Below are positions 16,215 through 24,031 of a DNA stretch of 24,031 bases, one piece after another (position 1 is the first letter of the stretch; each line of letters begins with the position of its first letter). The stretch covers positions 1 through 24,031 of the forward strand of contig JBIOTN010000184.1 of assembly GCA_044866005.1 (NCBI GenBank), given 5' to 3'. The notes below the pieces were generated by a model. That model did no database searches, was not told where the DNA came from, and saw nothing but the letters and a program-made list of their open reading frames with translations. Source of the stretch: Candidatus Rokuibacteriota bacterium. Lineage in GTDB: Bacteria; Methylomirabilota; Methylomirabilia; Rokubacteriales; DASRDR01. Made by a program: the position numbers and the translations under genes.

Positions 16215-16622
16215 TTACTTGAAGCCCCAGGCGAAGATGCGCCGGGGGATGACCTCCACGACGACCGAGTCTCCCACGCCGAGCGCCGCCTCGCTCTCGT
16301 ACTGCGGGAACTTGTCGTAGAGGAGCCGCCGCCCACGGCGGAAGCCGGGCCCCCGGGCGTGGAGGCGGGCCTCACCGACGACCATCACGCCGCGGAGCCC
16401 GTCCCAGGCCTCGCTGTAGTCGTCGGCGACCACCGTGACGCGCGGGTTGGCGCGCAGGTTCCGCAGCTTGCGCGCGTCGTCGCCGGTCCCGAAGTAGAGG
16501 CGGTCTCCCGCGAGGGCCGCGCAGACCGGCACGACGTGTGGCACGCCGCGCGCGTCGGCCGTCGCGACCCGCACGACGCGGGCCCGCGCGAGGAAGGTCG
16601 CGTAGGTCTTCCGGAGGCGCAC
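16215..16622 (-). CDS. Pyridoxamine 5'-phosphate oxidase-like (split-barrel flavin/F420-binding) protein
   Basis: C-terminal 135 aa of ORF 16215..17996; GTG 16622 with RBS GAGGAG. RVATADARGVPHVVPV...KLRNLRANPRVTVVADDYSEAW..LRGVMVVGEA. Confidence 0.85.
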   Translation of the reverse strand: MRLRKTYATFLARARVVRVATADARGVPHVVPVCAALAGDRLYFGTGDDARKLRNLRANPRVTVVADDYSEAWDGLRGVMVVGEARLHARGPGFRRGRRLLYDKFPQYESEAALGVGDSVVVEVIPRRIFAWGFK

Positions 16623-16636
16623 CGCCGCGCTCCTCG

Positions 16637-18535
16637 TCAGGGTTGGGGCAGGATCTTGCGGTTGATCTCGACCTTCGCCGCCGCCCGCAGTCCGGCCACC
16701 CAGCCCTGCCAGGCCTGGGCCCGTTTGCTCTCGAGCAGCTCCTTCTCCAGCATGCCCCGCGCCGGCTCGAAGCCGGCCACGTCGGGCCGCTCGCGGCCCA
16801 GGACCTTGACGACGTAGACGCCGCGCGCTCCGGTCGCGGGGCCCCCGACCGCGCCCGCGGGCAACTCCAGCGCGACCGGGGCCACCACCGCGGCGAGCTC
16901 CTGGTCGGGCAACGGCTGGGCGCGCGAGAAGGCGGGCGTCTCTGCGGCGGTCAGGCCCTCGCGCTTCGCCAGCACGCGCGGCTCCTCGCCCGCGCGCACG
17001 GCCTCGGCGAGCTGCCGGGCCTTGGCCTCCACCGCCTGCTGCGCCTTCTGCCGTCGGACGGCCAGGAGGACCGAGCTCCGGACCTCGCCGAGCGGGAGGA
17101 GTCGCGGCTCCTCGCGCTCGAGCAGCCGAAAGATGGCGTAGCCCTCCGGCACCTTCACGGGCGCGCTCACGCCGTCTTGCGCCAGGGTGAAGATCGCGTT
17201 CGTCGCCTCGGCGACACGCCCGACGCCTTCCACGGCATCGCTTCGCGCGAAGGGCCCGACCTCGCGCACGTTGAGGCCCCGCCGCCGCGCTTCCGCGCCG
17301 AAGTCCGGCGCGACGAGGAGGGCGCGCTGTGCGTCCTCGGCCTTCGCTCGCAACGCGCGGAGCTGGCCTTCGGCGGCGAGCGTCACGCGGAGAGTGCCGG
17401 CCACCTCCTTCAGCTCTTTCCTGGACCCGGGCACCACCTCGAGCACCTTGACCACGTGGTAGCCGAAGGGCGTCCGCACCGGTCCGGCCAGCTCCCCGGG
17501 CTTGAGCGCGAAGACCGCCTGCTCGAACTGCGGGACCACCTCCCCGGGGGCCACGAGGCCGAGCTCGCCGCCCTGCCTCGCCGTCCCGGTGTCCTCGGAG
17601 ACCTCGCGCGCGACCTGGGCGAAGTCGGCGCCCGCCCGCACGCGGCGGAGGGCCTCCTCCGCCTTGGCCCTGGCCTTGTCCTCGGCTTCGCTTCCCCCGA
17701 CGTTCGGGACCCGGACCAGGATGTGGGCGACCTTGCGGCGCTCGGGCTGGACGAACTGGTCGAGGCGCTCCTTGTACGCCGCCTCGATGTCCGCGCCGGT
17801 CACCGGCGGCGCCGGGACGCTCGCGCCGGGGAGGAGCGCCACCAGCACGCGGCGCCGCTCGGGCCGCGTGAAGTCGCCGGGATGCGCCTGGTAGTAGGCC
17901 TCGATCTCCGCGTCCGACGCCTCGGCCGTCGCGAGAAACGGCTCCGTCGTCACCACGATGTAGGCGGCGCGCACCCGCTCGTTCCGGCTCTCCCACTGCT
18001 GGCGGACCTCTGCCTCGGAAACCTTCACGCCGTCCGCGACCAGCGCCCGCAGCTTCCGCTGGAGGAGCTCGCTCCGAAGCTCCGTCTCGAACACGGCGGG
18101 CGTCATCTGGGCCCGCGAGAGCACCCGGACGTATTGCTCCCGGGAGAAGCGTCCCGCCCCGTCCTGGAACGCGCGGATCCGGGTGATCTCCTCGCCCAGT
18201 TCCTCGTCCGAGATGCCGATCCCTTCCGCCGTGGCTCGCTGCTCCACCAGGCGGTCGGACACCAGCCGGTCCACCACCTGCTCCGGCACGCGCAGGGTCC
18301 GCAGCAGCTCCTCGCTGAAGCGTTCCTTGAGCATCTGGCGATACTGCTCGACCATCGAGCGGTAGGCCCGCTCGTAGGCGGCCGCGGGGATCTCCTCGCC
18401 GTTCACCGTGGCCACCGCGTAAGCGCTGCTGCGGTCCTGCGTCGCGCCGAAATACGCGAGGCTCGCGATGAAGGTGACGACCACGAAGGCGAGAAAGTAC
18501 CGCGAGGACTGTCGCATCCAGCTCATCATCGCCAT
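16637..18535 (-). CDS. ppiD: PpiD/SurA-family periplasmic chaperone with parvulin PPIase domain
   Basis: N-terminal membrane anchor, VATVNGEEI (SurA_N), parvulin AHILV...DFAQVAREVSED...GGELG...FEQAVFAL...PVRTPFGYHVVKV; 632 aa. Confidence 0.85.
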   Translation of the reverse strand: MAMMSWMRQSSRYFLAFVVVTFIASLAYFGATQDRSSAYAVATVNGEEIPAAAYERAYRSMVEQYRQMLKERFSEELLRTLRVPEQVVDRLVSDRLVEQRATAEGIGISDEELGEEITRIRAFQDGAGRFSREQYVRVLSRAQMTPAVFETELRSELLQRKLRALVADGVKVSEAEVRQQWESRNERVRAAYIVVTTEPFLATAEASDAEIEAYYQAHPGDFTRPERRRVLVALLPGASVPAPPVTGADIEAAYKERLDQFVQPERRKVAHILVRVPNVGGSEAEDKARAKAEEALRRVRAGADFAQVAREVSEDTGTARQGGELGLVAPGEVVPQFEQAVFALKPGELAGPVRTPFGYHVVKVLEVVPGSRKELKEVAGTLRVTLAAEGQLRALRAKAEDAQRALLVAPDFGAEARRRGLNVREVGPFARSDAVEGVGRVAEATNAIFTLAQDGVSAPVKVPEGYAIFRLLEREEPRLLPLGEVRSSVLLAVRRQKAQQAVEAKARQLAEAVRAGEEPRVLAKREGLTAAETPAFSRAQPLPDQELAAVVAPVALELPAGAVGGPATGARGVYVVKVLGRERPDVAGFEPARGMLEKELLESKRAQAWQGWVAGLRAAAKVEINRKILPQP

Positions 18536-18544
18536 GGCGGCCCT

Positions 18545-18553
18545 AGCGTATCA
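18545..18553 (-). promoter_or_regulatory. Extended -10 (TGaTACGCT) 9 nt upstream of the ppiD ATG
   Basis: Motif match and position; no Shine-Dalgarno. Confidence 0.5.
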
Positions 18554-18590
18554 CACGCCTGCAGGCCCCCGCCACGGAGCGAGAGCTCCG

Positions 18591-19952
18591 TCAGTGGAGC
18601 AGGAAGTAGACGACGAAGGCGCCGGCGGCGGCGTACATCATGGGATGGACCTCCGCCGCCTTCCCGCGGACCAGCTTGATGAAGCTGAACGCGACGAAGC
18701 CCGCGCCGATGCCGTTCGTGATGGAGTAGGTGAACGGCATGAGCGTCATCGTGAGCAAGGCGGGGAGACCTTCTTCCAGATCGGCGAACGGGATCTCGCG
18801 GACCAGGGTGCACATCAGGTAGCCGACGATGACGAGCGCCGCCGCCGTCGCCTCGGGCGGCACCACGCCGGCCAGGGGGGTGAAGAAGAGCGCGAGCGCG
18901 AAGCAGACGGCCACCACGACCGCGGTCAGCCCGGTCCGTCCGCCCGCCGCCGCCCCGGCGGCCGATTCGATGTAGGTCGTGGCCGACGAGGCGCTGAACC
19001 CGCCGCCCACGGCGGCGGCGAGCGAGTCCACGAGCAGCACGCGGTTCATCCGCGGCAGCCGGCCCTGCCCATCGAGCCACCCGGCCTCGGCCCCGATGCC
19101 GATGACGGTGCCGACCGTGTCGAAGAAGTCCGAGAGCATGATGGAGAAGATGGTCAGGACGGCGGTGACCACCCCCAGGCGCCAGAACACCTCGAAGTTG
19201 AGACCCTGACCGATCGTGGAGAAGTCGGGCAGCGCCACGAGCCCGTCCGGGATGACCGCCGTGCCGGGCAGATCGGCCCAGATGCGCCACTCCCCGACCC
19301 GGTTCACGCCGATGGCGAGGGCCGTCGTGGCCACGATGCCGAGGAGCAACGCGCTGCGGACGCGCAGCGCGACCAGCAGGACCGTGAGGGCGAGGCCGGC
19401 GACGGCGACCGCGACGCGCGGCGTGGTCAGCGGGCCGAGCGTGACGGGGACCCCGGCGCCCGGCTTCACGACCCCGCCGTTGACCAGTCCGATGAAGAGG
19501 ATGAACAGCCCGATGCCGACGGAGATCGCCCGCTTCTGGGAGAGCGGGATCGCGTTCAGCACCGCCTCGCGGATCCCGGTCAGGACCAGCACGGTGATGG
19601 CGACGCCTTCCAGGAAGATGACGCCCATCGCCGCCGGCCAGGGAAGCTTGTAGCCGGCGATCAGCTGGAAGGCCACCACGGCGTTCAGCCCCATCCCGGA
19701 GGCGAGGGCCAGCGGGTAGTTGGTGGCGAGCCCCATCGCCGCCGTCATCAGCGCGGCCACGAGACACGTCGCCGCGAGGGTCGGCGCGAACGGAAGGCCC
19801 TGGCCCTGCAGCGCCGGGACCCCGGCGAACGACAGGATGGCCGGGTTCACGAAGATGATGTACGCCATCACCATGAAGGTGGTGATCCCGGCCAGCACCT
19901 CCGTGCCGACCGTCGTGCCGTGGGCCCGGAGCTTGAATACCGCGTCGAGCAT
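18591..19952 (-). CDS. NCS2/AzgA-family nucleobase (purine) permease
   Basis: TEVLAGITTFMVMAYIIFVNPAIL, ALASGMGLNA, DFFDTVGT, TTYIESAAG..AGGRTGLT, MPFTYSITNGIG. Confidence 0.93.
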   Translation of the reverse strand: MLDAVFKLRAHGTTVGTEVLAGITTFMVMAYIIFVNPAILSFAGVPALQGQGLPFAPTLAATCLVAALMTAAMGLATNYPLALASGMGLNAVVAFQLIAGYKLPWPAAMGVIFLEGVAITVLVLTGIREAVLNAIPLSQKRAISVGIGLFILFIGLVNGGVVKPGAGVPVTLGPLTTPRVAVAVAGLALTVLLVALRVRSALLLGIVATTALAIGVNRVGEWRIWADLPGTAVIPDGLVALPDFSTIGQGLNFEVFWRLGVVTAVLTIFSIMLSDFFDTVGTVIGIGAEAGWLDGQGRLPRMNRVLLVDSLAAAVGGGFSASSATTYIESAAGAAAGGRTGLTAVVVAVCFALALFFTPLAGVVPPEATAAALVIVGYLMCTLVREIPFADLEEGLPALLTMTLMPFTYSITNGIGAGFVAFSFIKLVRGKAAEVHPMMYAAAGAFVVYFLLH

Positions 19953-19990
19953 CCCGACGCCCCTCCCGCCGCCTGCCGTGACGGCGCCGC

Positions 19991-20845
19991 TCACGCCGGC
20001 TCGGGCTCGCTCTCGCCGGTCCCCTCGGGCAGGGCCGCCCGCGATGCCTCGCCGGCCCGCGGCTGGATCCGGCGAGCCAGGGTGATGAAGCCCGTGTGCG
20101 CCACCATCCGGTGCGCCGGCCGCACGGACGGGCCCGCGATGTGCCAGGGCCGGAGCAAGGTCTCGAAGGTCTCGGCGAGCGCGAACGCGGTGTGGGCGGC
20201 GAGCGCCTCGTGCGTGCGCTGGGCCTGGGGAAGCGTGGGCACGTAACTGCAGAAGACGCCGCCCGCCCGCAGCGCGGTCGCCGCCGGGTCCACGAGCCGC
20301 CACGGCTCGGGAAGGTCGAGCAGCACCCGGTCGACCCCGCGCTCCTCGAAGCCCGCGTAGACATCCTGCATGCGCACCGTGAGCGGGACGTCGGGGCCGA
20401 GCCGGGTCTCGATGTTCCGTACCGCCCGGCGCGCGAACTCTTCGCGCGTCTCGTACGACACGACGCGTCCGGTGGGGCCGACCACCCGGAGCAGCGCCAG
20501 CGTGAGCGCGCCGGACCCGAGGCCCGCCTCGCAGACGGTGTGTCCCGGCGCGACGTCGGCGAAGAAGCAGATCGTGGCGAGATCCTTCGGGTAGATGACC
20601 TGCGCGCCCCGGGGCATCTCGAGCACGTATTCGCCGAGCGTCGGACGAAGGGCCAGGTAGCGAGTGCCGAGCGAGGTCTTGACGGTGACGCCGTCCGGCG
20701 CGCCGATCACGGCGTCGTGGGCGATGTAGCCCCGGTCCGTGTGAAAGGTCTTGCCCGGACGGAGGACCACGAGGTGCCGGGAGCCGCGGCGCTCGTCGAT
20801 CAGGAGGACGGGCTCCCCCGCCTGGAACGGCGCGTCGTCCCGCAT
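19991..20845 (-). CDS. trmI: tRNA (adenine-N1)-methyltransferase (m1A58)
   Basis: RPTLGEYVLEMPRGAQVIYPKD, EAGLGSGALT, LDLPEPW, RPAHRMVAHTGF. Confidence 0.93.
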   Translation of the reverse strand: MRDDAPFQAGEPVLLIDERRGSRHLVVLRPGKTFHTDRGYIAHDAVIGAPDGVTVKTSLGTRYLALRPTLGEYVLEMPRGAQVIYPKDLATICFFADVAPGHTVCEAGLGSGALTLALLRVVGPTGRVVSYETREEFARRAVRNIETRLGPDVPLTVRMQDVYAGFEERGVDRVLLDLPEPWRLVDPAATALRAGGVFCSYVPTLPQAQRTHEALAAHTAFALAETFETLLRPWHIAGPSVRPAHRMVAHTGFITLARRIQPRAGEASRAALPEGTGESEPEPA

Positions 20846-20853
20846 CGGGGCCG

Positions 20854-20862
20854 GTTATAGCA
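20854..20862 (-). promoter_or_regulatory. Extended -10 (TGcTATAAC) 8 nt upstream of the trmI ATG
   Basis: Motif match and position; no Shine-Dalgarno. Confidence 0.5.
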
Positions 20863-20960
20863 CGGACGCCGCGCGCGGCGCGAGAGGCCGCTGGCGCCGC
20901 GCCGGGCCGCGCCCCCGCTCCGCTCGCGCGCCGCGCCCGGACGCCCGGACGCCGCGCGAG

Positions 20961-21656
20961 TCAGGCGACGGTCGGGCCGAGCTGGCGCCGGAGCTCGATC
21001 CGCCCGCGGTCGGTGAGACGGACGGCGCGGCTCTGGCGCAGGCGGACGACGAAACCGTGGTCGAGGAGACCGCGGGTCAACGCCGCGCCCACCGCCCCCG
21101 CCAGGTGGTACCGCCGCTCGCTCCAGTCGAGGCAGCGACGGGTCAGGGGCCGCCGGCTCTCGCCGAGCGCGTCGCGGCGCACGCCGAGGGTCGCGAGCCA
21201 GGCCCAGCCGGCCGCCGTGACCGCGTAGCCGTCGTCCCCCTCCCGCAGGTACGCCCTTCGACAGAGGGCGTGGGCGATCTCCACGCCGAGCCGGCCCGCC
21301 AGGTGATCGTAACAGGTGCGCGCGAACCGCAAGGCCTGCGCCGCCTCGCGGTGGGCCCCCGTCAGCGACGGGGCCGGCCGCGCCAGGACGGCCAGCGCCT
21401 CCAGCGCCTGGGCGACCTCCGGGCCCGCCAGGCGATAGTGGTGATGCCGCCCCTGGACGGCGACCGCCACCAGCTTCGCGCGGAAGAGCTTGTCCAGATG
21501 CCCGCTCGCGGTCGCCGGCGAGACCCCCGCCCGGCGCGCCAGCTCGCCCGCCGACGCGCTCTGCCCGGCCCCGAGCGCGACCAGGATGGCGGCCCGGGAC
21601 GGGTCGCCGACCAGGGCCGCGACCGAGGCGATCTCCGGATCGATGCGTGCCGGCAC
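20961..21656 (-). CDS. ArsR/SmtB-family transcriptional regulator (long form with Cys/His C-terminal domain)
   Basis: LVGDPSRAAILVAL...SAGELARRAGVSPATASGHLDKL winged HTH; FARTCYDHLAGRLG and CLDWSERRYHLAG motifs. Confidence 0.9.
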   Translation of the reverse strand: MPARIDPEIASVAALVGDPSRAAILVALGAGQSASAGELARRAGVSPATASGHLDKLFRAKLVAVAVQGRHHHYRLAGPEVAQALEALAVLARPAPSLTGAHREAAQALRFARTCYDHLAGRLGVEIAHALCRRAYLREGDDGYAVTAAGWAWLATLGVRRDALGESRRPLTRRCLDWSERRYHLAGAVGAALTRGLLDHGFVVRLRQSRAVRLTDRGRIELRRQLGPTVA

Positions 21657-21681
21657 GCTGCTCAGCCTATTCGGCCCACGC

Positions 21682-21697
21682 TTCGGCGCGCGCCGAA
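21682..21697. promoter_or_regulatory. Perfect 16-bp palindrome TTCGGCGCGCGCCGAA, probable ArsR operator
   Basis: Sits between divergent -10 candidates TAGGCT (21669-64, minus) and GACAAT (21710-15, plus). Confidence 0.65.
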
Positions 21698-21754
21698 ACG
21701 ATCCGGGACGACAATCCCGGTGAGGGCGCTCGGCACGTCGCGAGGAGGTGAGCC

Positions 21755-22186
21755 GTGAAGGCGATTCTCACGAGCACGGCGGGGATGGAGTGGAGCGCGG
21801 GGAGCGGCCTCTACGGCGAGGGCTCTCGCTGCCAGGGCGCCGAGGTCGTCGCGGTCAAGATCCTGGCCGATCGTCGGCCGGCGGGCGGCGGGATCGCCTA
21901 CCTCGCCCGGTTCACGCCGCCGCCCGGGAAGCTGATCCGGCTCGTCGCCGTCGCCCGGTCCGACGAGCACGTCTACGTCCTCCAGGGGGCCTACTGTGAC
22001 AAGACCGGCCGCCCGCTGCGCGGGCCCGGCGACTACGTCCTCAACCCGGCCGGGCATCCTCACAGCGCGTTCATCGGGGCGGAGGTCGTGAGCCTCTTCG
22101 TCTACCGGGGGCAGCCGGACGAGATCGTGGCCTTCGACGTCATCGCAAAGCCGGCCGGCGCTACACGAAGGCGTCGAGGCCGGTGA
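21755..22186 (+). CDS. Cupin-domain protein (ChrR/cupin_7-like)
   Basis: RBS GAGGAGG, GTG 21755; EHVYVLQG...GPGDYVLNPAGHPHS cupin motifs. Confidence 0.7.
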   Translation: MKAILTSTAGMEWSAGSGLYGEGSRCQGAEVVAVKILADRRPAGGGIAYLARFTPPPGKLIRLVAVARSDEHVYVLQGAYCDKTGRPLRGPGDYVLNPAGHPHSAFIGAEVVSLFVYRGQPDEIVAFDVIAKPAGATRRRRGR

Positions 22187-23330
22187 CGTCGCGCCCGATG
22201 ATCAGCGTGTGGATGTCGTGGGTACCCTCGTAGGTGATCACCGTCTCCAGGTTCATCAGGTGCCGGACGATCGGATGCTCGTCCACGATGCCGGCCGCGC
22301 CGAGGATGTCGCGGGCCATTCGCGCCGTCTCGAGCGCCATCCAGACGTTGTTCATCTTCGCCATCGAGACCTGCTGGGGGCGCAGGGCGCCCGCGTCTTT
22401 GAGCCGGCCGAGCTGCAGGCAAAGGAGCTGGGCCTTCGTGATCTCGGTGACCATCCACACGAGCTTCCGCTGGACGAGCTGGAAGGCCGCGATCGGCTTC
22501 CCGAACTGGACCCGGGTCTGCGCGTACTGGAGCGCCCAGTCGTAGCAGGCCATGGCGGCCCCCACCGCACCCCAGGCGATCCCGTACCGTGCCTGCGTCA
22601 GGCAGGCCAGCGGCCCCTTGAGTCCCGAGGCGCCCGGCAGCCGGTTCTCCCGCGGGATCCGGCAGTCCTGGAACGAGAGTTCCGAGGTGATGGACGCGCG
22701 CATGGAGAACTTGCCGGGGATGTCGAGCGCGGAGAAGCCCGGCGTGCCGCGCTCGACCAGGTAGCCGCCGATCTCCCCGTCGTCGCCCTTCGCCCAGACC
22801 ACGGCCACGTCCGCCACCGACCCGTTGGTGATCCAGAGCTTCGTCCCGTTCAGGACGTAGCCGTCGCCTTTCGTCAGGGCGCGCGCCTTCATCGCGCCCG
22901 GGTCCGACCCGTGGTCCGGCTCGGTCAAGCCGAAGCAGCCGATCGCGGCGCCGCGCTGGAGCGCGGGGAGCCATCGCTCCTTCTGGGCGTCCGACCCGTA
23001 GCGGTGGATCGGATACATCACCAGCGCGCTCTGTACCGAGGCGAACGAGCGAAGGCCCGAGTCGCCGCGCTCGAGCTCCTGCATGATGAGCCCGTACGCG
23101 ACGTTGTTCAGCCCGGCACAGCCGTATCCCTTGAGGGTCGCGCCGAAGACGCCGAGCTCGCCGAGCGTCGGCACCAGCGCCATGGGAAACGTCCCCGCGC
23201 GGTGGTGCTCGGCGACGACGGGCAGGAACTCCGCTTCCACCCAGTCGCGCACGGCGTCCCGGACCATGCGCTCCTCCTCCGAGAGGAGGCCGTCGATCGC
23301 GTAGTAGTCGACTCCGCGAAACTTCTCCAT
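22161..23330 (-). CDS. gcdH: Acyl-CoA dehydrogenase, glutaryl-CoA dehydrogenase-like
   Basis: From ATG 23330: ELERGDSGLRS..SVQSALVM.PI, GCFGLTEPDHGSDP, LNGTKLWITNG, ARYGIAWG, NLETVITYEGTHDIH. Confidence 0.85.
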   Translation of the reverse strand: MEKFRGVDYYAIDGLLSEEERMVRDAVRDWVEAEFLPVVAEHHRAGTFPMALVPTLGELGVFGATLKGYGCAGLNNVAYGLIMQELERGDSGLRSFASVQSALVMYPIHRYGSDAQKERWLPALQRGAAIGCFGLTEPDHGSDPGAMKARALTKGDGYVLNGTKLWITNGSVADVAVVWAKGDDGEIGGYLVERGTPGFSALDIPGKFSMRASITSELSFQDCRIPRENRLPGASGLKGPLACLTQARYGIAWGAVGAAMACYDWALQYAQTRVQFGKPIAAFQLVQRKLVWMVTEITKAQLLCLQLGRLKDAGALRPQQVSMAKMNNVWMALETARMARDILGAAGIVDEHPIVRHLMNLETVITYEGTHDIHTLIIGRDVTGLDAFV

Positions 23331-23341
23331 CCGATGCTCCG

Positions 23342-23842
23342 CTAGAAGGTCCCGCTCAGCAGCGCGAAGATCCGGCGCGCCAGCGCCTCGTGCTCCTCGA
23401 CGTTCTGCCGGTAGATGTCGAGCCCCTTGTGGTCGAACAGATCGAGGGCCGTCACCCGGTCGCCCGACGTCCAGGGCTCGAGGTCGAGCGCCTGGAAGCA
23501 CGAGCGGCCCGCCTCCGGGTGATCGGTGACGAACACGAACATGAGCCCCGGCCACTGTCGCTTGGCGTGGGCGAAGATGGACTGCAAGCCCCGCTGGCCC
23601 TCGATGGCGAGGTACTGCGCGATCTGCGGCCGGTAACGCACCTCGACCAGCCGCGCCGGCGTGTCCGGCGGCCGGTCGTCGGGCGGCACGCGGGCGGCGA
23701 AGAAGTCCGGGACCAACTCCTCGCGCCCCAGTCGCGGCGACGACTCGCGGGGGCCCACGGGCGTCAGCGTGAAGCCGGCCCGGCGGAAGATCGATTCGAC
23801 CAGAGCCTGGGCGATGCGCCCCTTGATGTCGAGCAGGTCCAT
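23342..23842 (-). CDS. Hypothetical protein with degenerate PD-(D/E)XK nuclease-like motifs
   Basis: From ATG 23842: KGRIAQALVESIFRRAGF...VPDF...LVEVRYR; ends 11 nt upstream of the gcdH start. Confidence 0.6.
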   Translation of the reverse strand: MDLLDIKGRIAQALVESIFRRAGFTLTPVGPRESSPRLGREELVPDFFAARVPPDDRPPDTPARLVEVRYRPQIAQYLAIEGQRGLQSIFAHAKRQWPGLMFVFVTDHPEAGRSCFQALDLEPWTSGDRVTALDLFDHKGLDIYRQNVEEHEALARRIFALLSGTF

Positions 23843-23913
23843 GGCGGGCCCCGAGCCTCGGCCGCTTACACGACGTCGACGCCGGGGCGAGACGCGAGCA
23901 GCCCCAGGACGCA

Positions 23914-24031
23914 GGGTGGGCCGACCCGGCGCGGTGTGACGTCGGCCTGGCTCGAGGCCGAGCGTCCGCTCCGGGCGGCGGCTCTGCCGCCGGCCCACCC
24001 ACCCAGCCCTTCGAGGGGGGGCATCGGGGGG
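23914..24031 (+). repeat. Probable fourth, divergent member of the structured repeat family (truncated by the window end)
   Basis: 10-bp helix GGGTGGGCCG/CGGCCCACCC encloses two arms, including GCGGC-TCT-GCCGC, followed by TCGAGGGGGGGC. Confidence 0.45.

Noticed and set aside
19953..19990. Purine riboswitch before the NCS2 permease
   Set aside because: The gap is only 38 nt and has no aptamer consensus.
20863..20960. GC-rich intergenic stretch with GCCCGGAC twice and short palindromes
   Set aside because: Expected by chance at this GC content, and it shares no motif with the repeat family.

Overview
A very GC-rich bacterial chromosomal segment from a diderm organism; the gene and repeat style suggests Methylomirabilota/Rokubacteria, but that is an impression only. 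It is densely packed, mostly with housekeeping genes. In order: a regulator-tupA-tupB-modA-modB-modC tungstate/molybdate operon; a cyclophilin; typA; a POTRA-less beta-barrel protein; a 'virulence factor'-domain protein divergent from a stand-alone DGQHR (DndB-like) protein; rlpA; greA; an RND pump (MFP + RND + NTF2-like protein, no outer-membrane factor); a PPOX-family protein; ppiD; an NCS2 permease; trmI; an ArsR/cupin pair with a palindromic operator; glutaryl-CoA dehydrogenase; and a degenerate PD-(D/E)XK-like protein. I found no rRNA, tRNA, CRISPR array, integrase or transposase. The strongest unexplained signal is a family of structured intergenic repeats (3 clear copies, 1 probable). 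The two near-identical copies differ only at positions that preserve the fold, and both abut stop codons. Other leads are the orphan DGQHR gene with a near-consensus sigma70 promoter, the hybrid W/Mo transporter with one visible ATPase, and repeated leaderless-type promoters.
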